A DNA stretch of 64,000 nt from Cyanophora paradoxa CCMP329. Taxonomy: Eukaryota > Plantae > Glaucophyta. Positions 23,301 through 35,939 of the stretch are shown here, piece after piece. The DNA is taken from the NCBI GenBank assembly GCA_004431415.1, contig QPMI01000291.1, positions 12,853 to 76,852 on the forward strand, read 5' to 3'. The translations under genes were made by a program, and so were the position numbers. Under the pieces are notes generated by a model that saw only the letters and a program-made list of their open reading frames with translations, was not told the DNA's origin and did no database searches. Each line of letters starts with the position of its first letter. Positions within the stretch are counted from its first letter, which is position 1.

Positions 23301-26300
23301 GGCCATGGTGCGGGGCTTGAATGTGAGGATTCGGGTACCCGCCGCGGCGCCCCAGTACCCCGACGTCGCACCGGAGAGGCCCGAGTCGGTGTCGAGGATC
23401 TTGCCGCGCGCGTCCTGTACCCCCGGCGCGCGTGAGCCGCGCCCACCCCGCCCGGCCCCTCCCCTCGGGGCGCACGAAGGAGGCCTCCCACATGGATGGG
23501 CCGGTCCCGCCGGGGCCGGCGAGCGAGTTGTCGTACAGCCCGCTCCTCCACTGCTTCTCTGCGGCGGGCAAGAATGTGAGGCGCGCTCATGATCAAGTCT
23601 AACAGAAGCGAGCGGCGCGGCGCACTGTCGAGGTCGGAGGCGCCGAGGGTGGTCCCCGAGGTCGGCATCTCCCACGTCTCCAGGAAGTACCTGCGCGAGG
23701 GCGAGAGAGTCAGCCGCGGCCAGGCCGGGCTAGGCCGGGCTGGGCTAGGAGGCTATAATCAGGCCGCACCAGTCGCGGTCCCAGAAGGCGGAGCCGGCGG
23801 TGAGGCCGGGGGGGATGAACGTGACCCAGAGGCCGCCCCCGCCGGCGCCCGAGCCCCCGGGGAACTCCGAGTGCCCGATCGTCTTCAGCGACGCTGTGCC
23901 CGCGACCACGTACCCCGAGCCGTACGGGGGTACTGGCGCGGGGGCGGTAAAGGCCGCCGCCGGCAGCGTCGCCGTGATCTGCCGAGTTTCATCAGAGAAG
24001 CTCTCGAGAAACTGTACAAGATGTCGTGACCACGGGTTGATCTTACGCGTATAGATCTGCGCAAGTAGTTAAGCCCGGAAAACGCGGCAAGTTCGTACCA
24101 AGCGAGGGCGATACGCGCAGCAACTCTAGCTAGCGTAACTAGCTAAAGCAGGTGCCGTCGTACAGCCTTAAGACGCTAAAGGCGAGAGCCTTGAGGTCCC
24201 AAGACAGACTCCGCCCCGCGGAGACGACGCTCCCTAAGCCTGCCATTTGCATAGCATATAGGCCGTGTGTATATACATATACAGCGGCAGCTTCACAGTA
24301 CAGCTTGAGTCTCGCAGCCTCGAACCTGCCGTGGCCCGCGGCTCAGCACAAAAGTACGGGCATCATAACGGTGTACGGTTACAGTCAGTATATACGATAA
24401 CCGTGAGTACTCTGCTAGCCAGCCCGCACGCAGTTACGCTGATCCAGTCAGCCGCGATCTACGGCAAGTCCAGTCTGCCGCAAATGTACTGTTCAGTTCG
24501 AGTCGACTCAGATTAATAATAATATTAATGAATTTTATAAGAGAAGTCGAATCCGATTCGAAGCTTGAAGTTTGCAAGCTCCGACTCCGCAATCGGGAGC
24601 CTCGGAGGGCCACCTGACTGGGGCAGATTCCGTAAGACTTACTGTTAAATATTCGGCTCCGAACAGAGAAAAACTAAATCAGCAAGGAAATCATAAATGC
24701 TTCCTGAATAGGCTCGAAAACTGGAACGTCGCATCACATGATCAGATCGATCGTGCACGTTTCCCGGTCGTTCGAATTCAAGTAAACAGAATGACGTCAG
24801 GTCGCCCGGAAGCTAGTAGGAGATCGACGAAGGTACTCCAGCTGCTGTACAGCCTGTACTCCCGGTGTCGAAGAGAAAGGGGCAGTGGCGCAGGCTAGCC
24901 GTATTCGTAGTGGTAGACTAGTAGTTATGTATCGAGACGTATACGTAGCCATGAAGGGATGGTGATGGAGTCAAAGGACGGTACAACAGTAGACAATCAG
25001 GTAGTACTAGAGTCAAAGTAATCCAGATCATAAGTAGGAAGCTCGAGCGAAGGACGATGGGCCAGACGGATGTGTACTTGGGCAAGGCTTGCAAGCATAC
25101 GCAATATATATATATATTATTCTCGGAATACAGAACACAACAGGCGCGCTCATGATCAAGTCTAACAGAAGCGAGCGGCGCGGCGCACTGTCGAGGTCGG
25201 AGGCGCCGAGGGTGGCCCCCGAGGTCGGCATCTCCCACGTCTCCAGAAAGTACCTGCGCGAGGGCGAGAGAGTCAGCCGCGGCCAGGCCGGGCTAGGCCG
25301 GGCTGGGCTAGGAGGCTATAATCAGGCCGCACCAGTCGCGGTCCCAGAAGGCGGAGCCGGCGGTGAGGCCGGCGGGGATGAACGTGACCCAGAGGCCGCC
25401 CCCGCCGGCGCCCGAGCCCCCGGGGAACTCCGAGTGCCCGACCGTCTTCAGCGACGCCGTGCCCGCGACCACGTACCCCGAGCCGTACGGGGGTACTGGC
25501 GCGGGGGCGGTAAAGGCCGCCGCCGGCAGCGTCGCCGTGATCTGCCGAGTTTCATCAGAGAAGCTATCGAAAAACGATGCAAGAAGGCTCGCACGGAGGT
25601 GGTCGAGACGGCGCCAAGGCCGTTCGGGACGGCGACGTTGACGTCGAGAATGCGGAGCTGCGTAAAGTCGGCCGCGAGGCCCGTCGTCGAGAGCGCTTTG
25701 CCCTGTATCGAGAACGTGACCGCTGCGGCGAGGACGAAGAAATCAGGCGGGGCGGGCGGGCGGGTGGGGGGCGCGCTGACGGGCGGTGGGGGCCTTGACG
25801 ACGCGGGGGGATACCGAAGCGATCCCGAGGAACGAGATGGGGACGGGGTACACGATGTCCGCCAGCTTGACGCGCTTCCGCTGGTCCTGCCGGCGGGGAC
25901 CCCTTAGTAAAGCAGCAACAGGCGCTGGCCGGCCGGGAAGGGGGAAAGGGGGGGCGGGGCGGGGGCGGACCCGCATGGCGGCGCGCCAGCGCGCGTCGGC
26001 GCGGAAGAGTGAGAGGTACTCCTCGGGGCCCGGGATGCGCGCGTAGATGGAGAACTGCGAGGCCGAGGCGGCGCTGCCCCACACGCCGCACGCCGCCGGC
26101 AGCGAGAACTGCGCGCCGCCCGCTCGGCCCGCGGCCGGGCCCGAGGAACGGGCTAGGGGTACAGGTTCGGGGCCGGACCGGGGGCGTGACGAGCCACGTG
26201 AAGTCCCACGCGATGGCGCCGGCGTCGCCCGACCCCAGGCTACCTGTCGTGAACCCGGAGACCTGCGGAGAGGCTCGGGCGGCCCGGGTTTGGGTTCGAA

Positions 26301-27866
26301 TCCGGAGCGGGGCGGGCGGGCCTGGGCGTTCTCGAGGTTGACGTCGAAGGCGAGGCCGCCGAAGCCGTCGATGGTCCGGTGCGTCCTCTTCATCGTCCAC
26401 TCCACCCCGCACAGCTGCGCTCGCGAGCGGCCGCCGCGGTCAGACTAAAGAGAGAAGAGAGGAGGCGAGCGGCGCCCGCCCGGCCGGCCGGCCGTGCCTG
26501 GAGCTCGAAGTCGCTGCCCGAGAAGTCGAAGGCAAAGCTCGCGTCGCTGACGACGGGCGGCGTGTTCCGCAGCGCGCGCATCACCACCGTCCCCTTCTGA
26601 TTATTGATTACGCCGTCCATGCCCCACACCTGCGCATATCTTCGGCTCGCAATCGACCCAGGCCGAAAGGCTGGGGGCTTGGGAGGGGGGGGGGGGGGGG
26701 GGGGCGGGGGGCTGGGGGGGGTACGACGCACCGTATGGGAGGGGCTGAGCGTGTCAGTCGGTAGGTTGTTCCAGATCCACTGGCCGATATCGGGTACGCC
26801 CCCGAGGAGGCCGACCGTAGCGATGGGGCCGCTGACGTCGGCGTTGACGCCTTTCGAGGGCGTACCCGTCTCGTGTATCCGCAGCCGGGCCGGGTTCCAC
26901 GTCGGCAGGCTCTCGTCTGCGCAGCGGCCGCCGCGTCGGTGAAGGCGGGTACTCGGAGGGGGGAGGGGGTGGAAGGGGGTTGGGGAGGGGGGTGGTTGGG
27001 GGGAGATAGGGGAAGGGGGTGGCGGGGCGAAGCGGAGACGAGGGGCGGAAGGCAGGCGGCGGCGAGGTACGCGCGCGGGAAGGGGGGGGAGGGGGGGGGA
27101 GGGGAGGAGGGGGGCGGTGGTACGCAGCAGCAGCCGCGTCGGCGCTGGCGGGGTACTCGCGGAAAACGCGGGAGGAGGGGGGGGGGAAGGAAAGGAGGAA
27201 GAATGCAGAACGAGCGGGGAAGGGCGGGAAGGGGGAGGAGGACGGGGGAGGATGCACGGGGAAGGGGAGGAGGGACGGGGGAGGATGGACGGGCGGGGAA
27301 GGGGGAAGAGGAAGGGGGAAATGGGAAGGGGGGGGGGAGCCGGGGAGCGGCACCAAAGGTGTAGCGGAGGCTGTAGCGGGGGGTATCGGAGCCACCGACG
27401 AAGGCCTTTGGGCGGTACCCCGCGAGGAGGGTGACGGTCTCGCCCGAGGCGACGTTCTCGAGGAGGATGTCGAACGTGACGTCCGCCGTGGGCGCGTCGG
27501 GCTCCAGCGGGCACACGAGCTTGCGCGCGTCGTCCAGCGCCGTCAGCGTCATCGCCCCGTCCGGCGGGACCAGCGCCCAGATGATGCTGCGGCACGGGCG
27601 CGCTCGCGATCGTCGGCTGCGGGGGCGAGCGCGGCGGGGCGGGCGAGCGACGGGCCGCACCAGAGTTGGCTACCGACGAAGCCGGCGACGCCGTTCGTGA
27701 AGTAAGAGTCCGAGGGCCTGATCACCCGCACCGTCCCCGCGCCGCTCGCGCCCCGCGCGGAGAGGCCCGCCAGCAGCAGCAGCAGCAGCGCAAGGGCCAC
27801 CGGCGCCGTCCGGTGCAGGGCGGCCGCGCGGGGCGGCCCGCGGGAAGGGCGTGGGCGGGGTTCCAT
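14368..27866 (-). CDS. Very large multi-exon secreted/surface protein with many Kelch repeats and an FN3-like domain (could be more than one gene)
   Basis: Signal-like MEPR...VALALLLLLLAGLSARGASG at 27866; Kelch GG motifs (VYVFGG, KLYVTGG, LVLFGG, VFVYGG, VFFVVGG, LWMYGG, LVLYGG, LFVFGG, VLLFGG); FN3 motif LEGLQAGTPYQIEARAR at ~16600-16640. 3' end approximate. Confidence 0.6.
23579..24002. repeat. Near-identical ~424-bp duplication, copy A
   Basis: aggcgcgctcatgatcaagtctaac...gagtttcatcagagaagct matches 25142-25565 (offset 1563) apart from a few substitutions. Confidence 0.95.
25142..25565. repeat. Near-identical ~424-bp duplication, copy B
   Basis: Matches 23579-24002, including intron sequence. 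Confidence 0.95.
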
Positions 27867-28901
27867 CTGCGGCAGCGGCAGCGGGCCGGGCGCCGGTCAG
27901 TTTGGCCTGGGGGCGCGTGGCGGATCGGCTCTGATAGTACGGAGCCTGGGTTTAGCACAAGCTAAACCCGGCGATGCGGCGGGCCCGGGACAGGGCGCCG
28001 CCGCGGCGCGGTGCCATCTGTGACATGTACAGCGTCGGTTGCCGCGTCGGCCGCGTGCCGGGCGTCGGTTAGCTTTGCGGGGAATCACGCAAAGGATCGG
28101 CCGGGCGCCGCGGCTCTAGAGAGACCATTGCATGGGTCAGCTGCAGGAGATCTAGGCTCATGATCATCTGTCGCCCGGTCATGATCAGCGCACCAGGAAT
28201 CAGAGGCCGCGCCGTGCACGCGCCGCAGTCGCAACTCGCTCGGTCGACTTCGTGGCTCAGCTGCTGCGTTCCAAAGTTCGCCAGCTGACTGCAGCTGCCG
28301 CTCGCTGCAGCTGCAGTCGTGGCTGATCGGGCGCGGTCGTCAGTGCGGCCGGGGGTCTTCTTCAAGCTTCCAGCCGCTGATTAATATTATGACCCCAGCT
28401 CGTTGTCGTTGCAACTGTCTTCAGCTTCTTCAAGCTTCCAGTCCGACGGTCCCCGTCACGGCGTCACTGCGTTCGCAATCCGATGATCATTGCAGTTTCA
28501 CCCGTGTCATGCTCAGGCGTTGTTTCAGTTTAAAAATTTGTGTTTCAGCCGCTGAGCGGCTGGATATCGATCCGGACGCTGGCTATAGCTAGCGGAGAAA
28601 GCGGTCAAAAAGGGGCCCGGCCAAGAGTGGAGCGGACCGCGCCGGACCTTCTGCCCTACCGCGCGCGCGGGATTGATCGGCTCTTACTAGCTTTTGATCA
28701 TGCCACAGCCATGCTAAAAAGTGCTGGGCTACGCGGAGACGGGGGAAAAACGGAGAGGCGGGCAGGGCGGGCAACGGGAGGGGCGAGAACAGGGCGGGGG
28801 GCCGGGGTGCGGGCGGGGTCCGGCGGGGGCTGGTGCGGGGCGGCGGTTGGGCGGAGGAAAGTGGAGCGAGAATGGGCGGGGCCTGCGGGCGGCGCGTGCT
28901 A

Positions 28902-31286
28902 CTACGCCTGCAGCTGGTACCGTTCGTGCAGCGCCCGCCTGCGCGCGCCCGGTCAGGAAAAGAATGCGGTATCTCCCAAGCGAGCGGCTCAGATCCGAGC
29001 TCACTTGAGCGCCTCGGGGAACTGTCCGTATATCCTCGCCCACTCCTCGGGCGCGTGGCTCTTGAAGGCGTACAGGATCTGGTGGAACTGGAGGGGGGAG
29101 GAAGCTTAGAGGGGTACGCGGAAAACCGAAACGAGGGAAGGGGGTACGCGGGTACCTCGGCCTGGAGGTCGGGCTTGAGGTCGTACCAGGAGGCGATGGC
29201 GTCGCAGAGGTAAATGAAGGAGGGCACGACGCCCTACAAAAGTTCCAAGTTAGCTCGGGGCGTCGGCCTCGGGGCTCGCGGGCGGGCTCGCCTGGGGGTT
29301 GATCTTGATGCAGGCGACGAGGCCGCGGAAGGCGTCCTCCTTCTCCACGTCGTCCCGGATGTTCCGCAGCGACATGCACCACGGCTGCGCGGCGGGGAGG
29401 GCGAGGGGGATCAGAGGAGGGGAGGAGGAGGGGGAGGAGGAAGAGGAGGAGGCTGATCGGGTCTTGTCCTAGAGAGACAGACACGGAGGGAGGGGCGGGC
29501 GGACCTGGACGAAGCGGGCGAGGTGCGGGGCGACGTCGTCGGGGCAGACGAGCCCCAGGCGCCCCAGCGTGATCGCCGTGTTCTCCAGCAGGCTCTTGTT
29601 CCCGCCCGCGCGGTTGAGCAGCGGCACGAGCGCCTCGACGACGACCGCCGCGTAGGGCCGCATCTCCGCGCCGACCTTGACCGCCAGCTCGCCGAGGGCC
29701 CAGCTCGCGTTGTTGCAGACGGAGAGGTACGTCGGGTCGAGGTTCTGGAGGAGGACGGGGACGAACTCCTTGAGGTGGGGCTGGAGGTGGCGGTGGCAGG
29801 ACTTGGCGAGGTCGCCGACGAGCGCGAAGGCGCTCTGCCGCACGTCCGGCGCCTGGTCCTTCGCGCACTCGAAGAGCAGGAGCGTGAGGTTCGACTTGGC
29901 GACGAGCGGGTCGATGCCGGCCTTGAGGCCCTCCGCGAGGCCCGAGAGGAGATCCAGCGCGCACACGATGAACTCCTTGTCGCCCTCCTCGTTCATCTGC
30001 AAAGCGAGAAAGCTTGGACGGGCGGACGGACGGAAGGAAGTGTGTGTTTTGAGCGCAGAGAAGAGGGCCTACCGCCTGGGCGCGGAGGGTGTTCTCGACG
30101 AGGCGGAGGCAGCGCTGGAAGACGGGGTCGGCGAACTCGAGGAAGCCGGGCCCCAGCGCCTGGGCCACCGACGTCAGGCACTCCAGCAGCGGGAAGAGGT
30201 TCTTGTCCACGTCGCTCAGCTGGTTCCACCGCACCTGCGGGGGGAGGGAGGCAAAGCTCAGCTCGGCAGAGGGAGGCGCGGCTCCCGGGCGGGGCGGGGG
30301 CGGGGGCGGGGCGGGGGCGCACGATGAGCGGGGGCATCAGCATCGCGACGTACTCGGGCCTGCGCACACACGCACGCGAGGCGACCCGATCAGGTCAGCC
30401 GGCTCGACAGGCTCGCTCGAGGGGCCCGCGGGGCCGGCTCGCCTGTTGAGGTCGGAGCCGACGGAGTCGGCGAGGGTGCCGATGGCGTCGTAGAGGATGA
30501 GGAGGTTCTTGGCCTGGTACTTGGTGAAGGCGAACATGAGGTTCTGGAGGATGGGCTGCAGGTAGGGGACCAGCTCGTGCTGCGCCTCCTCCTCGAGCGT
30601 CGCGAAGGCGCTGCACGCCGCCTCCTGCACCTTCTTGTTCCCGTCCAGCACCCGCTTCAGCAGCTCCTGCATCATGAGCGAGAGCAGCTGGTTCTGCCCG
30701 TTCGAGGCCCGCGCCTGCTCCGCCGCCGGCGACTGGTGCACGACCCACTTGCTGAAGCGCGAGAGCGTCCAGCACGTGATCGACCGCACCAGCGGCTGCG
30801 CGGGAGGGCGCCGGGGCGCCTCAGTCAGCAAAGCCTAGCCTTGCGAAGCTTCGCGGAGCGGGGCGGGCGGGCGGGCGGGCCTTGGAGTCCTGGAGGAGGG
30901 AGATGAGGTAGGGGACGAGCTGGGGGAGGTGCGGCTGCATGCCGTCGATGCAGCCCTCGGCCACGGCGCCCAGCGCCAGGATCGCGCTCTCCCTGCGGCG
31001 CCCACGGCGCTCGCTTGGGGTGGGTCTCTCTCTCTCTGGTGGGCGGGGCGCACCGGACGTCCCACTTGTCCGACGCGAGGCGCTCCTGGATCAGGGGCAG
31101 GAGGATGGGGAGGATCTCATCGCCGAAGATGCCTGCCGGGCGGCCGGCTCGGCGGGCGGCTCGGCGGGCGGCGGGGCGCGGGGCGGGGCGCGGGGCGGAG
31201 GGCGCGCGGGGGCGGGGGCCGCGGCGCACCGGAGAGGATGTCCAGGCCGGCGGCGGAGCACTTGCGCAGGTTCCACTCGCTCACCT

Positions 31287-31317
<31 letters not shown>

Positions 31318-32918
31318 CTGAGAGGGCGGAGCGCGGCGGCGGTCGGGCGGCGGCGGAGCGGAGCGAGGGGGGAGAGGGGAGAGGGGCACCTCGTCGTCGT
31401 CGTCGTCGTCGTCTGCCTTCTCCTCAGCGGCGTTCGCGTTGTCCGCCGAGTGCGACCCGCCCGCCTGCGCCTTGGGGTGGTAGAACCGCGGCTTGATGTC
31501 CTGCGCGCGGCGCGCGTCGGCGGCAGCGTCGGCGGACGCGGCGCGGCGCGGCGCGGTGCGGCGGTCCGGAAAGGAGAGCAAAGGAGCGGACCTGCTCCCT
31601 GTCCGGCACCATCTCGTCCTCGTCCTCGGCCGCCAGAACAGTCGCGTCGATCTCGGAGTAGACCATACCCTTGAGCAGGACGGGGATGAGCCTGCCGGCC
31701 GGCCGCGCGTCGGTCAGGCGAGCGGCGCGCGGGGGCGGGGAGGCCGGGGGCGCGAGCGGCGCGCGCGCCTCGGCATGTACGGCCGCAGGATGTCGTGCGA
31801 CACCTTCGTCTCGGCGAACGCGGACCAGAACTCGCACGCCTCCAGCGCGACGTACTCGTCCGCGTCTGGCGCGGCGCTCAGCGCGGGCAGCGGGGCGGGG
31901 CGCGGGCGCGGCGGCCGGGTCACCTTGCGTGGCGTGGAGGATGTACTCGATGACGTTCTGGATGTGCGGCAGGAGCACGTCCAGGCGAACCTCCAGCAGC
32001 ATGACCAGCGCCATGCAGACCCGTTTCCGCACCTCCGCGCTAGCGTCCGTCGCAAGGCTGAAGAGCCCCTGCAAGGAAAGAAACCGTTTCAGCGATCAGC
32101 CGGCGCAGGGCGAGGAGCGCGGCGGCGGCGGAGGAGGACCGGCTCGGCGCACCTGCAGGAAGGAATCCATGTGCACGAGGAGCGCGTTGGGCGCGACTAG
32201 GATGAACTGGTTGATGCAGCCGAGGGCCTGCTTCCGGAAGTTCTCGTGCGGAGAGGGGAAGAAGGTGAGGAGCTTCGGGATCAGAACATTCAGCGGCCGG
32301 CCGAGCTTGTCCGAGTCAAGGGCCTCGTTCATGTCCTCGCAGATCTTGTAGAGCGCGTCGAACGCGCCATCGATGACATACAGATCCGGGCTGTCGAGCA
32401 GGCCGATGAGGTACTGGACGAGGCCGGGCCACGCTTCGAAGCCGGCGCTGGTCGCGATTGTGACAATAACCGTGCCGACGGTGCTGCGGATGAAGTGCTG
32501 CGGATCTCCCAGAGCCTTAACGACCTCCTCTTTGATGTAGTTCTGGACGTCGGCGTTTAGCTGCGCGTATCGCCCGCGAACGTTGTTCTTCAGGAGCAGG
32601 CCGGCCATCTGCCGGATGTCCTCCGCTTCCGACTTCATGTGCACGAGGATGAAGCACAGGTACTTGTTGAAGTCGGGGATCGCGTTGAAGGACTCCAGTT
32701 GCTGCGCATCGAAACGCGCGCCGTGAGCGCCGGCACGGACTCGTCGGCGCAGTCGGCGATAGAGACGGACGGCGTGCCCAAGCGCGCGTTCCGCGCGCGG
32801 CTAAGAGCGGGACGCGCACCGCCTGGATCTGTCGGTGGACCGCATTGTTCGGTGAACGCGAGTCCTTAAGAAGCTGTAGTATGTTCGCCAGGCCCTGCTG
32901 GTCCGGGACCCACGCCAT
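28902..32918 (-). CDS. TNPO1: Transportin-1 / importin beta-2 (multi-exon)
   Basis: [17 protein letters not shown]...; [13 protein letters not shown]; VALEACEFW; DIKPRF plus acidic loop; [14 protein letters not shown]; [12 protein letters not shown]; [19 protein letters not shown]; [12 protein letters not shown]; [13 protein letters not shown]. Confidence 0.95.
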
Positions 32919-33168
32919 TTCGGCGTTCAGGCGTGCTTCTCTCGGTCCCCGGGGTACAGCTCAGATTGGACCGCGACCTTCGACCCCCGATCCGCGATCG
33001 CCGCGCTGCCGTCCTTCCCGGCACCCGCAGCTCTCGAGCGTGTAGGAACCGGTGCGTCTCGCCCCGCGCGCTGCCGAGAGACGTTTCGACCCAACAAAGC
33101 GGTGAGTGACGCCGGGCGCCGCGGCGCACTCGCGCATTCGAATCCCTGAAAGATAGAGTGCAGACCCG

Positions 33169-33573
33169 ATGGAGGCGCCTCAGAGGCGGCGAAGATGGCG
33201 CGGGGCCGGCGTCCGCAATTCGCCGCTCCTCGCTCTCGGCTTGCTCCTTGGCCTCCTTGCGAATCTTTCGGTGGGCTTCGCCTCTGACGTGAGCGTACAC
33301 GCGCGCGAGCGCGAGCTGGAGCGCGAGGCGCCGGGCGTGGATTCAAAGTCCTCGAGCTCGGCCGCGCATCGCGAGCACAGCGGGCGGCGCGGGCACTGGA
33401 CGGGAGAGTACGAGTGCCCGAAACGAGAGGACGAGACTCGGGAAGGGTGGACCTGCCGCACGCACTACGTCCCCACACCGGGTCCGCCCGCAGATCTCAT
33501 GTGCCTGTCTCTCGAGTGCGAGCTCATATGCATATGCAGGGCGCCGCTGCCGTGTAGATCTCTTCGACGCTAG
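33169..33573 (+). CDS. Possible small secreted Cys-containing protein
   Basis: ATG-started 134-aa ORF with hydrophobic LLALGLLLGLLANLSVGFA and clustered C-terminal Cys; divergent from transportin; no recognised family. Confidence 0.3.
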   Translation: MEAPQRRRRWRGAGVRNSPLLALGLLLGLLANLSVGFASDVSVHARERELEREAPGVDSKSSSSAAHREHSGRRGHWTGEYECPKREDETREGWTCRTHYVPTPGPPADLMCLSLECELICICRAPLPCRSLRR

Positions 33574-33915
33574 CGGCTCTTTCCGGTGCGATCTTGCCCT
33601 TCCAGTCCGGCGCGCGACTGTGCATGATGTGCGCGCGCGGCGCGGCATGGCAGCTGCGGGAAGGACTGCGCTGGCTTCCCCGGCTGCACCCCGATCTGCA
33701 GATGCCACTCCGATGAGGGCAGGCTCGGCTGCTCCCACAGGCGCGCCGCCGGCGCCCCTTCCGCCGCTGCATTAATATCCGATCCGCGGGCGACATTAAT
33801 ACTCGCATGCGCAGCGGGCCATCCTGTGCCATCGCAGGCGCCTGATGCCCCCCGCCGCAATCTCGACGCCCGCGCGCGCGCTGTAAATATAGCAAGCAAT
33901 CGCGTTCCGCATCGA

Positions 33916-35790
33916 TCACGGCTGGTGCCCGCCGGGCTGGGAGGAGCCCGGCCGGAAGCCCGAGAGCACGGGGGGTACGCGGGGCTCCCGCCGCTTGACG
34001 GCGACGAAGCGGACGCAGCGGTACCTAGGGAGGGGATGAATGACCGGGGAGAAGCCTTGGGGGGTACGCACGTGGATTGCATCATGGAGCGTGGGTTTGC
34101 GGCGTACGCGCACTGCACCTCCCCCTCCTCCTCGATGTCGAACCCGTACGCCTCGATCGCTGTACCCCGGACGCCCGCGGTCGCACGACGCGGTACCCCC
34201 TCTCCTCCGAAAGAACGGCGTACCCGGGCGGAGCTCGTCCCAGGCGAGCTCGAGGGAGGGCTCGCGGGGCATGTCTGCCCAGTGCCAGAGGAGGGGCCCG
34301 ACGTTCACCCACACCCCGTTCTCCCGCAGTATGTGCGCCAGGACCTGGCCGGCTCGAGGGTCAGGGGGGTACGCGGTTCTCCCCGCTCCGGGGGGTACGC
34401 GGGGCGCGCGGTGAGGTAATCGAGGACGTTGTGGGCCGTGTCGATGAAAAAGGCCGTCGCGACGGCGTCGAAGGCGCCCTCGTGCTCCCCCTGCGAGTAC
34501 ACCTCCACGAAGTCCCCTGCACGGGGGGTACGAGTTGGAATCCGTTTTTTTTTGGTGGGCGGCGGAAGGGGTACCGGCGCTCATGGAGAAATCCGAGCCC
34601 GGGGGAATGTCCGTCGGGTCGACGTCGGGGACCGAGACCTGAGGGGGGGGTACAGGGTTCGCCGCGGGACGGGGACGGAGGGGAGCGAGACGGGGAGGCG
34701 TACGGGGCGGAGGGCGTCCTCTACGGATACGAGATTGCACCTGCCGGGCGCCGTAAGCTCGAGGGGTACACGGGGGCCGAGAGGGGGGTAGGGGCGCGCA
34801 TGGAGTGGAGCCAGGGGTAGATGGCGAACGCCTTGGAGCCCGGGGCGCGGTTCAGAACGAACTGGGAGGAGAGCAGCATGAAGTAGGACCACTCGCAGCC
34901 CTCGACGGCGTACCCCCTCCTCACGAGCTCCCATGCGAGCCGTGCGAGGCCGGCCCCGGGGACCAGCACGCGGATCGCGTTGCGCGGGTGCACGTCCGGC
35001 GGGAATCGTCGCACGATCTCCTCGATGATGGGCCTGCGGGCGGGCCGCCGAGCCGTCGGCGAAAGAGAAAGCGACGGGGCGGGCCGCGCACGTGTAGCAG
35101 GCCTCGCGCTCGGCGCGGCCGTCCTCGGACCAGTCGCGCACGAACTGCCGGAGCGTGCTCCGCAGCTTATCCATCTGATCCTCCCGCGCGGGCTCTGCGC
35201 GCCTTTCTCGGCACGGGCGCGCCGAGGGCGGGCGAGCTCTGGATCTAGGTCTGGCGCACGGACGGGGGCGGAGTCGTCAAGGCACACGGGGGCGCCGTTC
35301 TCAAAGAGCTGGTGCGGGGCGACGATGTGCTTTATCAGCGCCCAGTTCGCGTCCTTCGCCTCCCGCATGCGCCGAATCCTGCCCCCCAGCGGAACCTGCG
35401 GCGCGAGGTACCGGTCAGCCGGCCGGTGCCGCTCCGCACGCGAAACGCGGCTCTCACAAGCTGCTTCTGATGCGGCGGAAGGCCTTGGTACCTGCGCAGG
35501 AGCGCTCGCGCGTGAGCGCTGGGTGGAGGCCGCGCAGGCGTGGCAGCGCACGTCCGCTCGGCGCGGTCGATCCATCGAGCAGTGTGCTCGGGGTAGTATC
35601 GCATCGCGTTGACGATCTCATCAAAGTGCTGGCGCTCGGCGACGTCCTCGTGCGCGCCGTGGCCGCCGCACGGCTGCCCGTCGTGCGTGTGCCCTCCGTG
35701 CTCCGGCGCCATGTGCTGGTGGCTGTGGCTGTGCCCGTGCTCGTGATGATCGTGTCCGCCGCACGGCACGCCGCCGTGATCGTGGGACAT
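33916..35790 (-). CDS. CARNMT1: Carnosine N-methyltransferase-like (N2227 family), multi-exon, with His-rich N-terminus
   Basis: [23 protein letters not shown]; [17 protein letters not shown]; [16 protein letters not shown]; [12 protein letters not shown]. Confidence 0.9.
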
Positions 35791-35939
35791 CGGTCGAGCT
35801 CGCTGAGTACCTTGGCTGAGCTCGAGATTTGATCCGGCACCCCCTTAGCAATAGCTTCTCGTGTGGCCGAGCCCAAGCTTTTGATCCGTGCAGCTGTTTA
35901 GCTATAGATAAGTCGGCTGCCCTACAATGTACACTGCAA

